DNA from: Octopus sinensis
Taxonomy: Eukaryota
Direction: 5' to 3'
NCBI RefSeq assembly: GCF_006345805.1
Contig: NC_042997.1
Location: forward strand, 67,828,001-67,892,000
DNA length: 64,000 nt
In this document: in pieces, positions 12,726-26,320 of the stretch
Position numbering within the stretch: position 1 is the first letter of the stretch
Layout: every line of letters starts with the position of its first letter
The notes under the pieces: model-generated
Database searches by the model: none
What the model saw: the letters and a program-made list of their open reading frames with translations, nothing else
What the model was told of the DNA's origin: nothing
Program-made: the position numbers and the translations under genes

Positions 12726-13320
12726 ATATAATTTTCTTGTAGACCAGTTATGTGCTGTTAATGTTACTGAGAAATTTATTTTTCAAATCGAACAGCTGAA
12801 AGATTCAGTTGGCTATCAAAATATAAAAATAGAAAAACGAGAAGAAAAAGCAAAAGGTCAAATAATCGGTAATCAATAATTCGATCAATGAGTATTATGA
12901 TTGGAAAACGAATGCCAAAAATCAGCAATATTTATGTATTGTGATGTAATATGATAGAGAATCTGATATAAACAGAAGCCATACTACATCGGACATGACA
13001 AAAAGCCGCATACTGGTTAATAAGATATAAGGCTATTAAAATGCAAATTATTAAATCAATCGTTGCGCAACTACTGTGAAAGAATAATTCGCTGTCTTAA
13101 ATATTTTGTACTATTAATTTCTAATTCAACTTTTCTCATAACTGAATCTTTTATATTTTCTATCTACCCACCTCCATCTCTCTCATAGGCATAGGCGAAT
13201 ATATATATCTATATATATATTATATATATATATAATATATATATATATAAAAGTAAGCACATAATGTGAAACCATGTGCGAAAAAGCAGTACTCGAATAC
13301 CGGAGGTAGAGTAATACGCT

Positions 13321-13601
<281 letters not shown>

Positions 13602-14184
13602 GTGTGTGTGTGTGTGTGTGTTGTGTGTGTGTGTGTGTGTATGTGTGTGTGTGTGTGTTGCTGTGTCTGTGTTTGTCCCCCGTCACCGCTTGACAAACAT
13701 TAAAATATCATTGGTATACTGACGAGTTTGGCTCGTGAAAAGTACATGAAGAAGGTCGGAGATATGTCAAGTGAATCGGCACCAAAATATTACCAAGAAA
13801 GTCTTCGTGCACGCACACGCTCTCTCTCTATCTCTCACACACACACATAAACACACACACACACATACACACAAACGCACATATACACACAAATACACAC
13901 ACACACACAGGTACGCTCATACACTCGCACATATACGTACGTATGTATCTTTAAGAAAAGAGAGGGGTGTAAGATAGGGAGAAAGAAGAAAAATAACCTC
14001 GCTGTGTAAAGTAGGACACTACCATTAAACTGAATATTAATGCAAATTAGATAAACAAATTTAGTGATTTTGTTTGAAGAATTTATGTGCGAAGAATGAA
14101 TATCTGAATAATATATTCTGATGTCGATTAACCTGACATATACGTCTTCCATACAAAATTTGCTTTGTGCTATATGAAATCAAT

Positions 14185-14251
<67 letters not shown>

Positions 14252-14589
14252 TGTGTGTGTGTGTATGTGTGTGTATGTATGTATGTATGTATGTATTACG
14301 AAATCTATTACATACAAATGCATAACAAAGAGACAATCTATATTTTGTACTCTGATATTTATAATCGATGCTCTTTGTCAGTGAATAGTAAGCACCGTTA
14401 CCTCCAGGAGAAATGTTGCACCGATCATGCACTTCTTGGCGCCAGTAAAGTAAGAACTGGCTCCTTGAACTAGAACTATCTTTTCAACGAGGCAACATGT
14501 AAGTCAACTCGGTCTCCCGATGCACCAGAAAAAGGAGTCAATTTTCTTTTAAACTTTGTCTATCCGTCTTAGACAGGAAAGTATTCGTT

Positions 14590-16870
14590 GGAGATTGTAG
14601 TTCAAATACACTATGATGGAAAATAGTGTATTCTGGCCTGTGTGGCAAATAAAGAATAAGTTTGTAGTTTGGTCTTCTTCCGTTGTAGTTTGTGATGAGT
14701 TATTCAAAACTGGATTTACTTGCTGTTTGTTGTATCATTAAGGTGTTAGTGTTTTAATTGTTTAAAAATTTTGCCTATTTGCAGGCGTTGTTGAAAAGTG
14801 TGTGCTTCCTCTACTAGGGAAGGAATTGAACTGCTTTGGACTGTTGTTGCAGTGTTATTGACTGTTATTATGTTTTGAAGTGTTTTTCTTTGTGACTCGC
14901 CATTGAGAGTAAAAATAATATTCTCGCGACAAAGTGTTTTTAATATCAAGAATTTTTTTGTTGAAAAATTCAAAAATGGAATTAGAACAAACAGTTGAAA
15001 ATGGAAAAAAAGTTGGACTACGCAGCAGTTACAAACTTATCACATCAGGATATTATTATAACCAGGAAGGAATACCAGACATGTTACAGAATGTTAACAG
15101 TTGATGGAGGAGATGCAAACATCTCCCCATCAAGTGAAATTACGTGTCAGAAAAACAATAAGACGATTATATATAAATGATTCGATGTGGAAGAGAAGAT
15201 CTCATACATCACAAAGGAAAAAATTGAAAAATGCCTCGGGTCGATTTGGAATGACGTAACATATGTGGCCCGAGGCAAAAAGCTTGCCTCCATCGAAGTG
15301 AGATTTATTAGTGTGGAGAAAGCTAGGGAGCACTCTGTTAGAACCCTAAAAACGAAGGAAGTCGTACTACTCCCCTCATATCTGGGACACAGAACGTCCC
15401 GGATTTGAATAGAGGAGGTACCACCCGAGGTAGACGTTACATGGATTGTCGCAGCTCTTTGATATGCAAGAGAAAATAAATTGAACATATTGCAAATAAC
15501 CCGCTCTGCCTACCAAAATTGGTTAAAATAGAGCGTTGATATTCTCATCCAGGCCACACTTGGAGATTTAGAGGAAATCCCCGGTCGCATGATGATCGGA
15601 GAGGAGACAGTACTAAAAATTCAGGTCGAGGGAAGAAAGCCTCGATGCTTTAAATGTGGTAGAAAAGGCCACTTGAGAGTAAAGTGTGGCACTTCTAAAA
15701 AGGCTCCCTCCCCGACCAGAGAAGAAGGAAAAACTGAAAAACAACAAGAAAATAAAGAGACAAAGAAGCAAAAGTCAAAGAAGAAGGAACCAAAGGAAAA
15801 TACCAAAGATGGAGAAGAGCAGGCAGGTGCGAGTGAGGCTCTTCCTCGGGTAGACGACATGGGGATCATCATACCACTCGTGAAGTTCTTCCTTCCACAG
15901 TTGACCTCACTTCGAGATTTAGGTCCTTGGATCAGGCGAAGACCTAGGCTGGGTGATTGGCAATTAGAGTGCCGACAGGCATTCACGCTTCTCTCCTGGA
16001 CAGGCAATACCGGCGGCTGGAGTTTCCTCGCGTACTTCTATAGTGGTTTGGTAGAGTATATGTCAGACGATGTCCTGGAGGAAACCCTGGGTTTCGATAG
16101 AAATCAGCTGGTCAACCTGCTCTGAAAGACTATCGGGCCGGGGTACTTGGATAATTACCAGAAATCCCTGGCCTGGTTGTGTTCCCGATCGGCCTTACTT
16201 GTTCGAGAGAGGCTATCGAGGCATGGTTATGACATCCTACCGACATGCCCGAGGTGAGGGTGGGACAGTGAAACTGTCTTGTACGTCTTCGTGCAGTGTG
16301 CGAAGATAAAGGGATTGATAGCCCATGTTGATCAGTTCTTGTCGACAAGAAGAGTACAGCTATTGGCTGAATCGATTATCAAGAGTGTTCCGCCCTCTTC
16401 CCCTAACAGGCAGTTTTTTCTGCATAGTAGCCATACCGAAAAAAATATTATGGAGGACATGGGCGAAAGGGATCGCGACAAGTACCTCTATTTCCAGTCA
16501 AGGTCTAGTTAATTATTTTAACTATCACCTCAGAAGTAAGATCAGGCTGGAATAGAGATACCTATCGCACAGTATGTTTCGAAAAAGATGGCTGTATGTG
16601 GAAAGTTGAGGATAGAAGGAGCTGCCTGAGCCTAGCTATTCGACCTGAAAAAAAAAAAAAGGGAGCGTTGGGTTTATTAGCTCAGCAAACTTACTAATTT
16701 TTATCCGATTTTATTTATTAAAAAATTTTTAACATTATATATTTTTTAGAATCATTAACGGAAAAAAAACCTCGAATTCTTTTATGTGTGTCTACACTTG
16801 TGCCGTCCCCTCTATGTTCCGCCCTATGTGGCGAATAAAGAAAACGTTCGTGGTTTGGTCTTAAAAGTCC
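14590..16870 (+). mobile_element. Tx1/L1-clade LINE, internally deleted (ORF1 plus ORF2 C-terminus)
   Basis: Disrupted ORF1 ~14995-15830 with CCHC knuckle CFKCGRKGHLRVKC; then zf-RVT-like AWLCSRSALLVRERLSRHGYDILPTCPR..SETVLYVFVQC and YFNYHLRSKIRLE; A-run at ~16648; AATAAA ~16835; endonuclease and RT absent. Confidence 0.8.
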
Positions 16871-17718
16871 AGGTACAGTTTATAGTTTAAGTTCGTGTGT
16901 CGGAAATATTGATTGTTGATTCGTAAAAGATTGTTGGTTCGTAGTGTTTGTTACTGCCGCTGTTTCTCTTTTATATTGTTATAACACAGTTACGGTGTAT
17001 TCTTTATCTATCGTCAACAATATCAACCGCACTACGATTTTGGTGGCTTAAGGATATAACTTAAGGATATGCTCCTGAGCATATGGTTATTCGATTAGAT
17101 CAAACTGGGAGCTGAAGAACAAACAACATCAGCAAGATCATCATTATTATCATCATCAGCAGCAATAACAACATCAACAACTACAACAACAATAATAACA
17201 TCTATAAAAAGCAATATTTTAAACGAGCCAGCGAGGCAGTCACTACCCGACTGATAACCTAGTTTGAAATAGCAGTCAAATCTCCACTAAGTTCATCTTC
17301 CCGGTTTATTTCTCTAGATTTGGTAAAATATACACCCATATTATACCGATCGATTCATTGAGCGTAAATCTGGTATGTAATCTAAAATTTATTTCACAAA
17401 AGGAAATTAACCACGAAAATGTGGAAAATTAGGCAATTGCTTTCGTAAACAGACACGAAGGTTAAGTTTCAAGTTTCGCATGGGAGAGGAACTGAAACAT
17501 TGGGGCGTTAAATGTTAATATTTTCCCAAAGGCAAAGATTTTGATCCAATTTCAGAGAAAGAATTTCTTTTATAAGCAACGACAAATAATTGCTTGAATG
17601 AAACCGATATATTATTGTGATTTATATAATTAACACACCCAATGATCGTATCATTAAATTTACTTAATCTACACAATTTCAGTTGTTTTAGACACAACAC
17701 ACATGTGTATGTGTAAGC

Positions 17719-17769
<51 letters not shown>

Positions 17770-17785
17770 CATATACACACACACT

Positions 17786-17823
<38 letters not shown>

Positions 17824-18539
17824 CGTGTGTATATATATGTATATATATATAGATGGATACAGACAAACATTTACAGGCGTAAGAAATGTATTTATATGAA
17901 AATGTTCGTGATGAATACACTTTCCGTATAAATTCAGTTCTTACGCTTGTTATTGTGTGTCTTTCTACTTCCATACCCACTCGATGATGATTCTTTTTAT
18001 AGTTGACTTTCAACCTAACTCCTATGAAGAAGTTAGAATTCACGATTTGAGTTTCTACAATACTTGGTGATACTCTGTACGAGGCTTACATAAACATCTT
18101 ATTATCCATTCTTTATATACATGCATACATACATACATACATACATACATACATACATACATACATGGTGGCTGCACCCTCGTTATCGAGTATGGCCATT
18201 GCACGAAGTTTAATCAATGTTTAATATCGTGCAATGCCTGTGCAAGAAGATTATTTAAGTGAAGAAAGGCTGTGCACTGAGTCAATCCCACTCACTAAGC
18301 AACAGCAGCCATAATCCGAAAAGAAGAACAAGTCAACATCATCGGTAACCACTGAGCCGCAGGTTTTATGTCGGAGTTATCCCAGTTACCCGAGTTATCT
18401 TCTAGAAGGATGCCCTAACAGAGGCATACATACATACATACATACATACATACATACATACATACATACATACATACATACATACATACATACATACAAT
18501 ACAATACATTACAATACAAAGCAAAACAAAAAAAACAAA

Positions 18540-19240
18540 ACCGATGGTGAAATACTGGAAACATTATTACAGAAAATGTCAAACAGGAAATCCCCTGGCC
18601 TAGACCTCATAACAGGCTATTAGCCGAAGAAATTCACCTTTTATCGGCGATATCCCATACGGTTGTATGTAGAAAGTATCAAGAGCATACAAGAACTGTT
18701 CCAATGGTTATCAACTGTATACAATTAACAAAATGATCCAAGAAAAAGAAAAAACCCAGAAAAAATCGCAGGGACTTAACCGTAATGTGATGGATTGCTA
18801 GAAGGCTTTTGATATTGTACTACAACCATTACTGAGTGCTATCGAACGCCTGACCAAAACTTGGTACACCACTTTGCTCCTCAGGAGTGGTAGGGAGCAA
18901 ATTGAGTTGGATAGCATTCATTACTAGAATGTATTTTTCAGGTTGAAAGTTTATCCGTATTACTTTTTGTCTTCTCATTTAATCCACTATCATACCTGCT
19001 CACAAAACAGTGATCAGAGAAATGGATTCAGAAGTATCTCCCATCTTTTCTTTGTTGACGATCTGAAACTGTTTGGGCCAAATATCAACCACATAAAAAA
19101 CAACTGAACCTTATAACCAAATTTTCTACAGACATTGGGATGAAGTTTGGTGAGACTAAATGTGCATTTTTGACAATTAAACAGAAAAATTGTACCCTAC
19201 TCTGAAAGACTACAAATGAACAGCTTCACAATACAAACCC
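18540..19240 (+). mobile_element. R4/Dong-like non-LTR RT fragments
   Basis: KMSNRKSPGLDLITGY; SHLFFVDDLKLFG; KFSTDIGMKFGETKCAF. Confidence 0.7.
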
Positions 19241-19366
19241 CTACGTATATTGTGGCTTGCTGTCAATAAATAAATACTATAAAACACAGTGCCTGATTTG
19301 CCTGGGCCTATAAAGCTGCTACGACGGCCCTGGTTATATATATATATATCATCATCGTCGTCGTCG

Positions 19367-19412
<46 letters not shown>

Positions 19413-19576
19413 TATTTAACGTACACCTTCCATGAATGCATGAGTAGAACAGTTGAAGACTACACTAGGCTACTGGACGGTAGAAGACTACATTAGGCTA
19501 TTGTGTCTGTTCCTAAAACCACCTAAAACCAACCACTCCGAAGGCTTGGTTTGGCATGATTTTTACAACGTGCAGG

Positions 19577-19817
19577 CCTTGACCAAGACACTATTTCGCG
19601 TTGCTCCAGTTTACCCAGCTGGCAAAAATGAGTATTACCTGTATTTCAAAGGGCCAGCCTTGCCACACTTTGTGTTACGCTACATCTTCCCGAGGTTTAC
19701 ATTAGGGTATACGTATCTGGGGTGCGCTCAGCCATATGCACATTAATTTCACGAGCAAGCTGTGCGGTTGATCGGATCAGCTGGAACCCTCATCGTCGTA
19801 ACTGATGGAGTGACAGT
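19577..19817 (+). mobile_element. CORE-like SINE, 5'-truncated (tail type c)
   Basis: gaccaagacactatttcgcgttgctccagtttacccagctggcaaaaatgag then a distinct tail ending at (TACA)n. Confidence 0.75.
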
Positions 19818-20350
<533 letters not shown>

Positions 20351-20445
20351 TCAGTAATAATAAAAGGTGAAACTAATTAATTAGGGATAATTATCAATTA
20401 CACCAAGTAGATTTCAGCATGTAAAAGCCCCATTCGAGGAAAATT

Positions 20446-21064
20446 TAAGTAATACTAAGTAATTAAGGGTTTAGCAACGAATTGCCTCACCAACACACCG
20501 AATTTAGAAATAGCAGTCAAAGAGATATAGCTATTCCTTCTACTAAAAGGGGGATCTCAGCAAAAACACAGCACTTGAAAGGCAAACACAGACAGGTAAG
20601 AAAGAAAGAATGAAATGACGGCAATCCATCATGCAATTTTACGCTGGTGACACAAACTTTCATTCAAACTTTGAATTTCGTGGTACTGGTCATGCTTTAG
20701 CTCGCTCTGAGTTGGGATGATGCATTCTAGTATCTCAAAATTTAATATACAATTATTCATAATTGTAGTATCCTGCGCCGATGAGAGAAGAAGTATGGGT
20801 AAAGTAGAATTTTCTAATTCTTACGCTATCCTAAAACTTGATCTCGAAACGTACGTCCGTAGGTAACGTAAAATTGCATGATGGATTGCCGTCATTTCAT
20901 TCTTTCTTTCTTACCTGTCTGTGTTTGCCTTTCAAGTGCTGTGTTTTTGCTGAGATCCCCCTTTTAGTAGAAGGAATAGCTATATCTCTTTGACTGCTAT
21001 TTCTAAATTCGGTGTGTTGGTGAGGCAATTCGTTGCTAAACCCTTAATTACTTAGTATTACTTA
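20446..21064. mobile_element. Foldback with perfect 198-bp inverted arms (Penelope-like)
   Basis: 20446-20643 is the exact reverse complement of 20867-21064 by manual comparison; the 223-bp spacer holds a hammerhead fold; ends at (TA)n. Confidence 0.8.
20772..20863 (+). ncRNA. Type I hammerhead ribozyme candidate
   Basis: Stem I cctgcg(20772-77)/cgtagg(20858-63); core CCGATGA (20778-84); stem II gaga/tctc with long loop; GAAA (20846-49); palindromic helix III acgtacgt; GTC cleavage triplet ending 20857. Confidence 0.6.
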
Positions 21065-21437
21065 TATATATATATATATATATATATTTGCCACTTAAAT
21101 ACCTCGCTCAGAAATTTATTATTGTTTATATATATATACTTGATCGCTAAATCCACAAGTTTTATTATTTTCTCTCATTTTTAAAAATTATCTCTCTGTT
21201 TATTTTCTCTTATTCTTTTCCGTTGAAGAGCGTCAATCAAATACACCTACTTGTTGTTTATGCACCTGTCTTCGTCTTTTTGTTTGTCTGTAAATTTCAA
21301 CTGTATATATATAATACATATATACATACATATATATATCTTTATAAATTTATATAAATAAGGAGATCATTATTTGAAATACCGATCATATCAAGTGGCC
21401 AGCGTGGGAATAAAACCTTATAGGCAATAATTATTAT

Positions 21438-22176
21438 TAAAATTATAAATAAGGATATCTAAAAGATATCACCATGCTAGAGATAGCAGTCGAAACTTGT
21501 CTCTAAAACCACATCAAGTAATTCATACAACACCAGGAGAAAAGACAAAAGGGACAAATAAACTAGCAAAAAATTATTGAATAATGCCAGAGATATCTGG
21601 CTTTGCAAGCAATATACTCTGCCTCTTCAGTGGGATATACGCAGAAAGTATATAATTACAAATATATATACACAACATACGAATATTTACATATACGCAC
21701 GTATACATGTTTTAAATACATTTAATTATAATTTTAATAATAATTATTACTTATAAATATAAGTATTTTAAATAACGACCTTATCTTTTTATAAATTTAT
21801 ATATTTACTTCGTCATTATATTCACTGCTGTGGTATTTTAACCATATAGCACGTAGAGTTTAGACAGACAATTAAACCGGTTGTGCGCATACTCATATAT
21901 GTATGTGTGTATATGTGCGTATATGTAAATATTCGTATTTTGTATATATATATTTGTAATTATGTACTTTCTGTGTATATCTCAATGAAGAGACAGAGTA
22001 TATTGCTTGCAAAGCCAGAAATCTCTGGCATTATCCAATATTTTTTTGCTAATTTATTTGTCCCTTTGTCTTTTCTCCTGGTGTTGTATGAATTACTTGA
22101 TGTGGTTTTAGAGTCAAGTTTTGACTGTTATCTCTAGCATGGTGATATCTTTTAGATACCCTTAATTATAATTTTA
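21438..22176. mobile_element. Second foldback, imperfect ~268-bp inverted arms
   Basis: 21438-21705 vs 21909-22176 are reverse-complementary with scattered substitutions. Confidence 0.75.
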
Positions 22177-22329
22177 TATATATACTACATACACAAGCTC
22201 ACCCACTATCACATATACGTACACGCGCGCGCGCGTGTGTGTGTATCTGTATGTCAAAATGTTTAGTGTGTCAGTAAGGCCTTGCTGATTAACACAGCAT
22301 AAGACGAACGGTCGAATGGGAATGTGTTT

Positions 22330-23100
22330 GTTGCTATTCTTAATCTCGGTTTCATGCTAATTTTACCTCTAGGACTGCTGCTAGAGATATAAGATGTCAG
22401 CCCACCGGCGTGAGAAAATGTTTCCGAGTCTATCAAACCTCACGTAGCTAGTGATGCTGTCTGGCGTTTGCCTTTTATTTGGATAGAATTAAAAGGGTAA
22501 TCGTTGGAAGAAAACAGAGAATGTTATTGCCAACACTTTCCTAGCAGTTACTGCAATTAACCTGAATCAAGCGTATAGGTTCTGCATTTGCGTTCGATAT
22601 TACCAGCAAAGACGGAAGGCAGCTAGCTGGTGAACAGGCATAATCAGTTAGCGCATTTCTTCCAGTTATACTTTCTGCCTTCAAATTCCACCGAGATCAA
22701 CTTTGCCTTTCACCATTTTGGGATGGACATAACTAGTCCCTTTTAAAATTGCTGGCCCTAATCAAAATTTGGAACGATATTACCTGTAAGACTGGAAGGG
22801 AGATGTTGACATCCGCAAAAACGTTTCTCTATAATTTTGTCCAATCTAGTGCTCTTGTGAGGAAACTTCAGTTACAAAACAATACGGGAAACAGCAGTTA
22901 TAAGCTTTCAGCTAGAGTGACGCACTGCTCAGTGTCAAGGGTGGTTTCTGACGGTGGGAGAGGTTATTTAACTCCTTGGACACTATCGCGTGTATCAAAC
23001 TAAACAATCCTTGGTTAGTAAGGTACTGTCCTGTCGTTGAGTGCACGTGGTTTATGATACTTTCAGTACATTCAGACAAGTAATCAGTCACAAGCGATTC
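22330..23100 (+). pseudogene. LRR/LRRCT receptor remnant
   Basis: FPSLSNLT*L; LVRKLQLQNN; LFNSLDTIACIKLNNPW (LRR into NPW cap); nucleotide homology of 22380-22600 to 27780-28010; interrupted by a degenerate SINE ~22615-22775. Confidence 0.55.
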
Positions 23101-24049
23101 AGCCAGCAAGGAAAATAATAACACAAACAATATAAACAAAGACGACCTCTCCAGACCACATTAACGGCATGAGTAAAATAGTCAATATAAACAGCGAGCT
23201 CTCTCACAAGCAGACGTTGTAGCGCTACACGATACCCATTTGTCAAATTTTAGAAGCCTAAAAGATGCATTAGCACCAAAGATAATGAAGTTTGTTTTAC
23301 GGAACCAGAGAAACTGATCGAACTTGATAAATTCTTTCCTTGCCGTATTCTTTTCTTAGCTTAGCGATAGTTTTACGCAAAACCGAGAGATTTATTTAGA
23401 AGTATAGGAAAGATGGAAGTTAATAGTTGTTGGTGTCAAATAGAACTTCTATTTTGTAGCCTTTTATCTCATTGGAGTATTTCATATTTCAAGTTACTCA
23501 GAAAATATAGAATAAAGAACTGAGAAAATCTTGTACTTTCAGCATATTTCTGCCTGACTGAGCAACATACGCTTCAAAAGACCACAGATTTCAGGGCTTT
23601 CATATGAAACGTCCTTGAGGTTGAACGGCAAAATAGGATCTTCAGCATTTACGTATTTACGAGGGTAGGCTTTCTCTATATTTTCATTTTCCTGCGCCAA
23701 CGATGACATCGATTGCTTGGATATGTCCACTGCACGAATGACAGTTTCAAAAGATCTGTTCTATGGTAGTGAACTAGTATCTGAATCGAGAGACAAAGTC
23801 ATGTGTACTCAAGATATGTTATTCTATAATAAAGAATCTATCTATATATAAGTTGTGTACATTTTTACGCATCAAGTGTTGGCTAAAACCTATAGATATA
23901 TCTATATCACAGTATACTACTGAAACGAAATACTATTTAACCCACTAGTAATTAGCCATCCACATTAGAAGCTAATATATCTGATTAAAATTATTTATGA
24001 TGTGCATGAATGTTTTACATTTGGAATCAATGTCTTTCATACCGGGTCA

Positions 24050-25190
24050 TAACCAGTTCCCTTAGATATCGAGGACATTTCTTGCAATCCTTGGTGTTCA
24101 CAATAGAGCAGATATCTGAATTAATGCATCTCTTGTAGTTACACCAATCTCAGTAAGGGAGCTGTTAAATCCCTTGGTGAAGATACCTAGAGCACCTATA
24201 ACAATTGGAATTACTGTTGTAGAAACCCTCCATAGTCGTCGTATTTCCCTAGTCAGGTCCGAGTATTTTCCTATTTTCTCCTGTCCTTTGACCGCTACAT
24301 TCATGTCCGCAGATATAGTCACGTCTATGATTATGCACTCTTTTTACCCTTTGTCCAGAATCATAAAATCTTGTCCGGCATGAATTTCGCCATCAGTCTG
24401 TACATTAAAATCCCATAAAACCTTATACTGACCGTTCTCTATTACACTTTTTGGTTGATGTTCGTACTATTTTCTTCCTACCTAAGATCCTTTTTGTCGT
24501 AATATGTCCCAGTGTAGAGCTTTGCCACAGTCGTGTTTGCGTCTATATTCCTTCTGTGCCAAAGGAACTTATTACATATAACGGATTCCTCTTTCTCATT
24601 ACATACTCGGCAGTTAGCACTTTTAGTGGATTTGTCTATTTTGGTATTGATGATATTCATCCGCATTGACTGGCTTTGAGCAACCATTATAAAGCCTCCT
24701 GTTTCCTTCTTAAACTCTCCATTCTTCAGCCTTAAGTAAGACTCCTCTGCTGCAACATTCTGCGTTTGTCTGAGATGCTGATCGTGTAGTACTTTTCCCC
24801 AGATGTTTGTTTCTCGCTGTTTTCTTCTTCCCTTGTATTTCGTTGCCATCTCTACAGCTTCTTTCTCCTCTCCTCTGGTAGCTGAAATCAGTCTTCCTAA
24901 GTTGCTTCCACATACTCTTCTATATCATGTCTTGCCCTTTCCATACAATTTTCTATTGATATCATTCTTCTCCCTCTCCTTCAGAGGTAGATATAATCTA
25001 TCGGCATTGTCTCTAGGATGTAGCGCCTTGTACATGACCATTGTCTTCCTGGTTTTACAATCTGTCTCTTAGTGCTTCCTTAGTCCAGTTCAAGGAAGCA
25101 GCAGAATATCGTTTGTATTTTCTGTAGAGATGATTTTCCCTCCATTCAGTTTTGAGTTTATCACCCTTTTTACTTTCGTGAGATATCCAT
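24050..25190 (-). mobile_element. R4/Dong-like LINE 3' part (zinc finger plus REL endonuclease)
   Basis: CRVCNEKEESV; VLWDFNVQTD; IIIDVTISAD..EKIGKYSDLTREIRRLWRVSTTVIPIVIGALG. Confidence 0.85.
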
Positions 25191-25535
25191 TTCTTCTTCT
25201 TCTTCTTCTTCTTCTTCTTCTTCTTCTTCTTCTTCTTCTTCTTCTTCGTCTTCTTCGTCTTCTTCGTCTTCTTCCTCCTCCTCCTCCTCCTCCTCCTTCT
25301 TCTTATTCTCCTCCTCCTCCTCTTCCTTCTTCTTCTTCTTCTTCTTCTTCTTCTTCTTCTTCTTCTTCTTCTTCTTCTTCTTCTTCTTTCTTCTTCTTCT
25401 CTTCTTCTTCTTCGTCTTCTTCGTCTTCTTCCTCCTCCTCCTCCTCCTCCTTCTTCTTATTCTCCTCCTCCTCCTCCTCTTCCTTCTTCTTCTTCTTTCT
25501 TCTTCTTCTTCTTCTTCTTCTTCTTCTCCTTCTTA
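25191..25535. repeat. (CTT)n/(CCT)n trinucleotide tract
   Basis: Direct; explains the poly-L/P/S ORF 25130-25561. Confidence 0.95.
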
Positions 25536-25539
25536 ATGT

Positions 25540-25760
25540 GGTAAGCTGGCATAATCCTTAGAACACCAGATGAAATGCTTAGCGGCCTTTTGTAATCTTA
25601 ACGTTTTGAGTTCGAACTCCGCCTAGGTCGACTTTGCCTTTCATCCTTTCGAGTTCGATAAATTAAGTATCAGTAAAACACAGGGGTCAATGTAATCGAC
25701 TAGTCCCCTCCCCCAAAATTTCAGACCTTGTACCTTTAGTAAAAAGAATTATTATTATTA

Positions 25761-25844
<84 letters not shown>

Positions 25845-26320
25845 AGTTGTTGGCGTTATTATTAAGGTGGTGAGCTTGCAAAATCCTTAGCACACTAGAT
25901 AAAATGCTTAGCGGCATTTCGCCCGTCCTTACGTTCTGAGTTCATATTCCTATGAGTTCATCTTTGCCTTTCGTCCTTTCCGGGTTGATAAAAACAAAGT
26001 ATGAGTCAAATACCAAAGTCGATGAAATCGACTTCACTACTCTCCTCTGAAAAATCCAGGTCTTGTGCTAAGGTTAGAAAGAATTATTATAATTATTATA
26101 GAGAAGGTGGCAAATTAGCAGAATCGTTGGAGAGTCGAAAAAATATAATTTACAGTATTTCCTCAGATTCTTTACACACTGAGTTCAAGCCCCGCCAAGG
26201 TCAACCTCACATTTAATCCTTCCAGGATCAATAAAACAAACCACCAGTCAAGTACTAGAATCAATGGAATCGACTATTCCTTTTCCATCAAAATTGTTGG
26301 TCTTTGCCTGAATCAGATAC
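25540..26320 (+). mobile_element. Three family A SINE copies separated by (ATT)/(GTT) tails
   Basis: Heads near 25540, 25866 and 26100; ATT/GTT microsatellite 25745-25860. Confidence 0.8.

Noticed and set aside
21220-21250. ttgaagagcgt motif as a further hammerhead
   Set aside because: The downstream GAAA and helix III are missing; at best a decayed remnant
23539-23800. Minus-strand ORF resembling a TIR domain (VIRAVDISKQ...ILPFNLKDVSY)
   Set aside because: The + strand of the same bases reads equally well as LRR-like (SSAFTYLRG..DLFYG) and matches the orientation of neighbouring remnants; I cannot decide without a profile search
25540-26320. Regularly recurring SINE cores and the 495-bp repeat as a CRISPR-like array
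   Set aside because: Unit size, spacing and sequence fit SINEs or satellites in a eukaryotic context; no short repeat/unique spacer pattern and no cas genes
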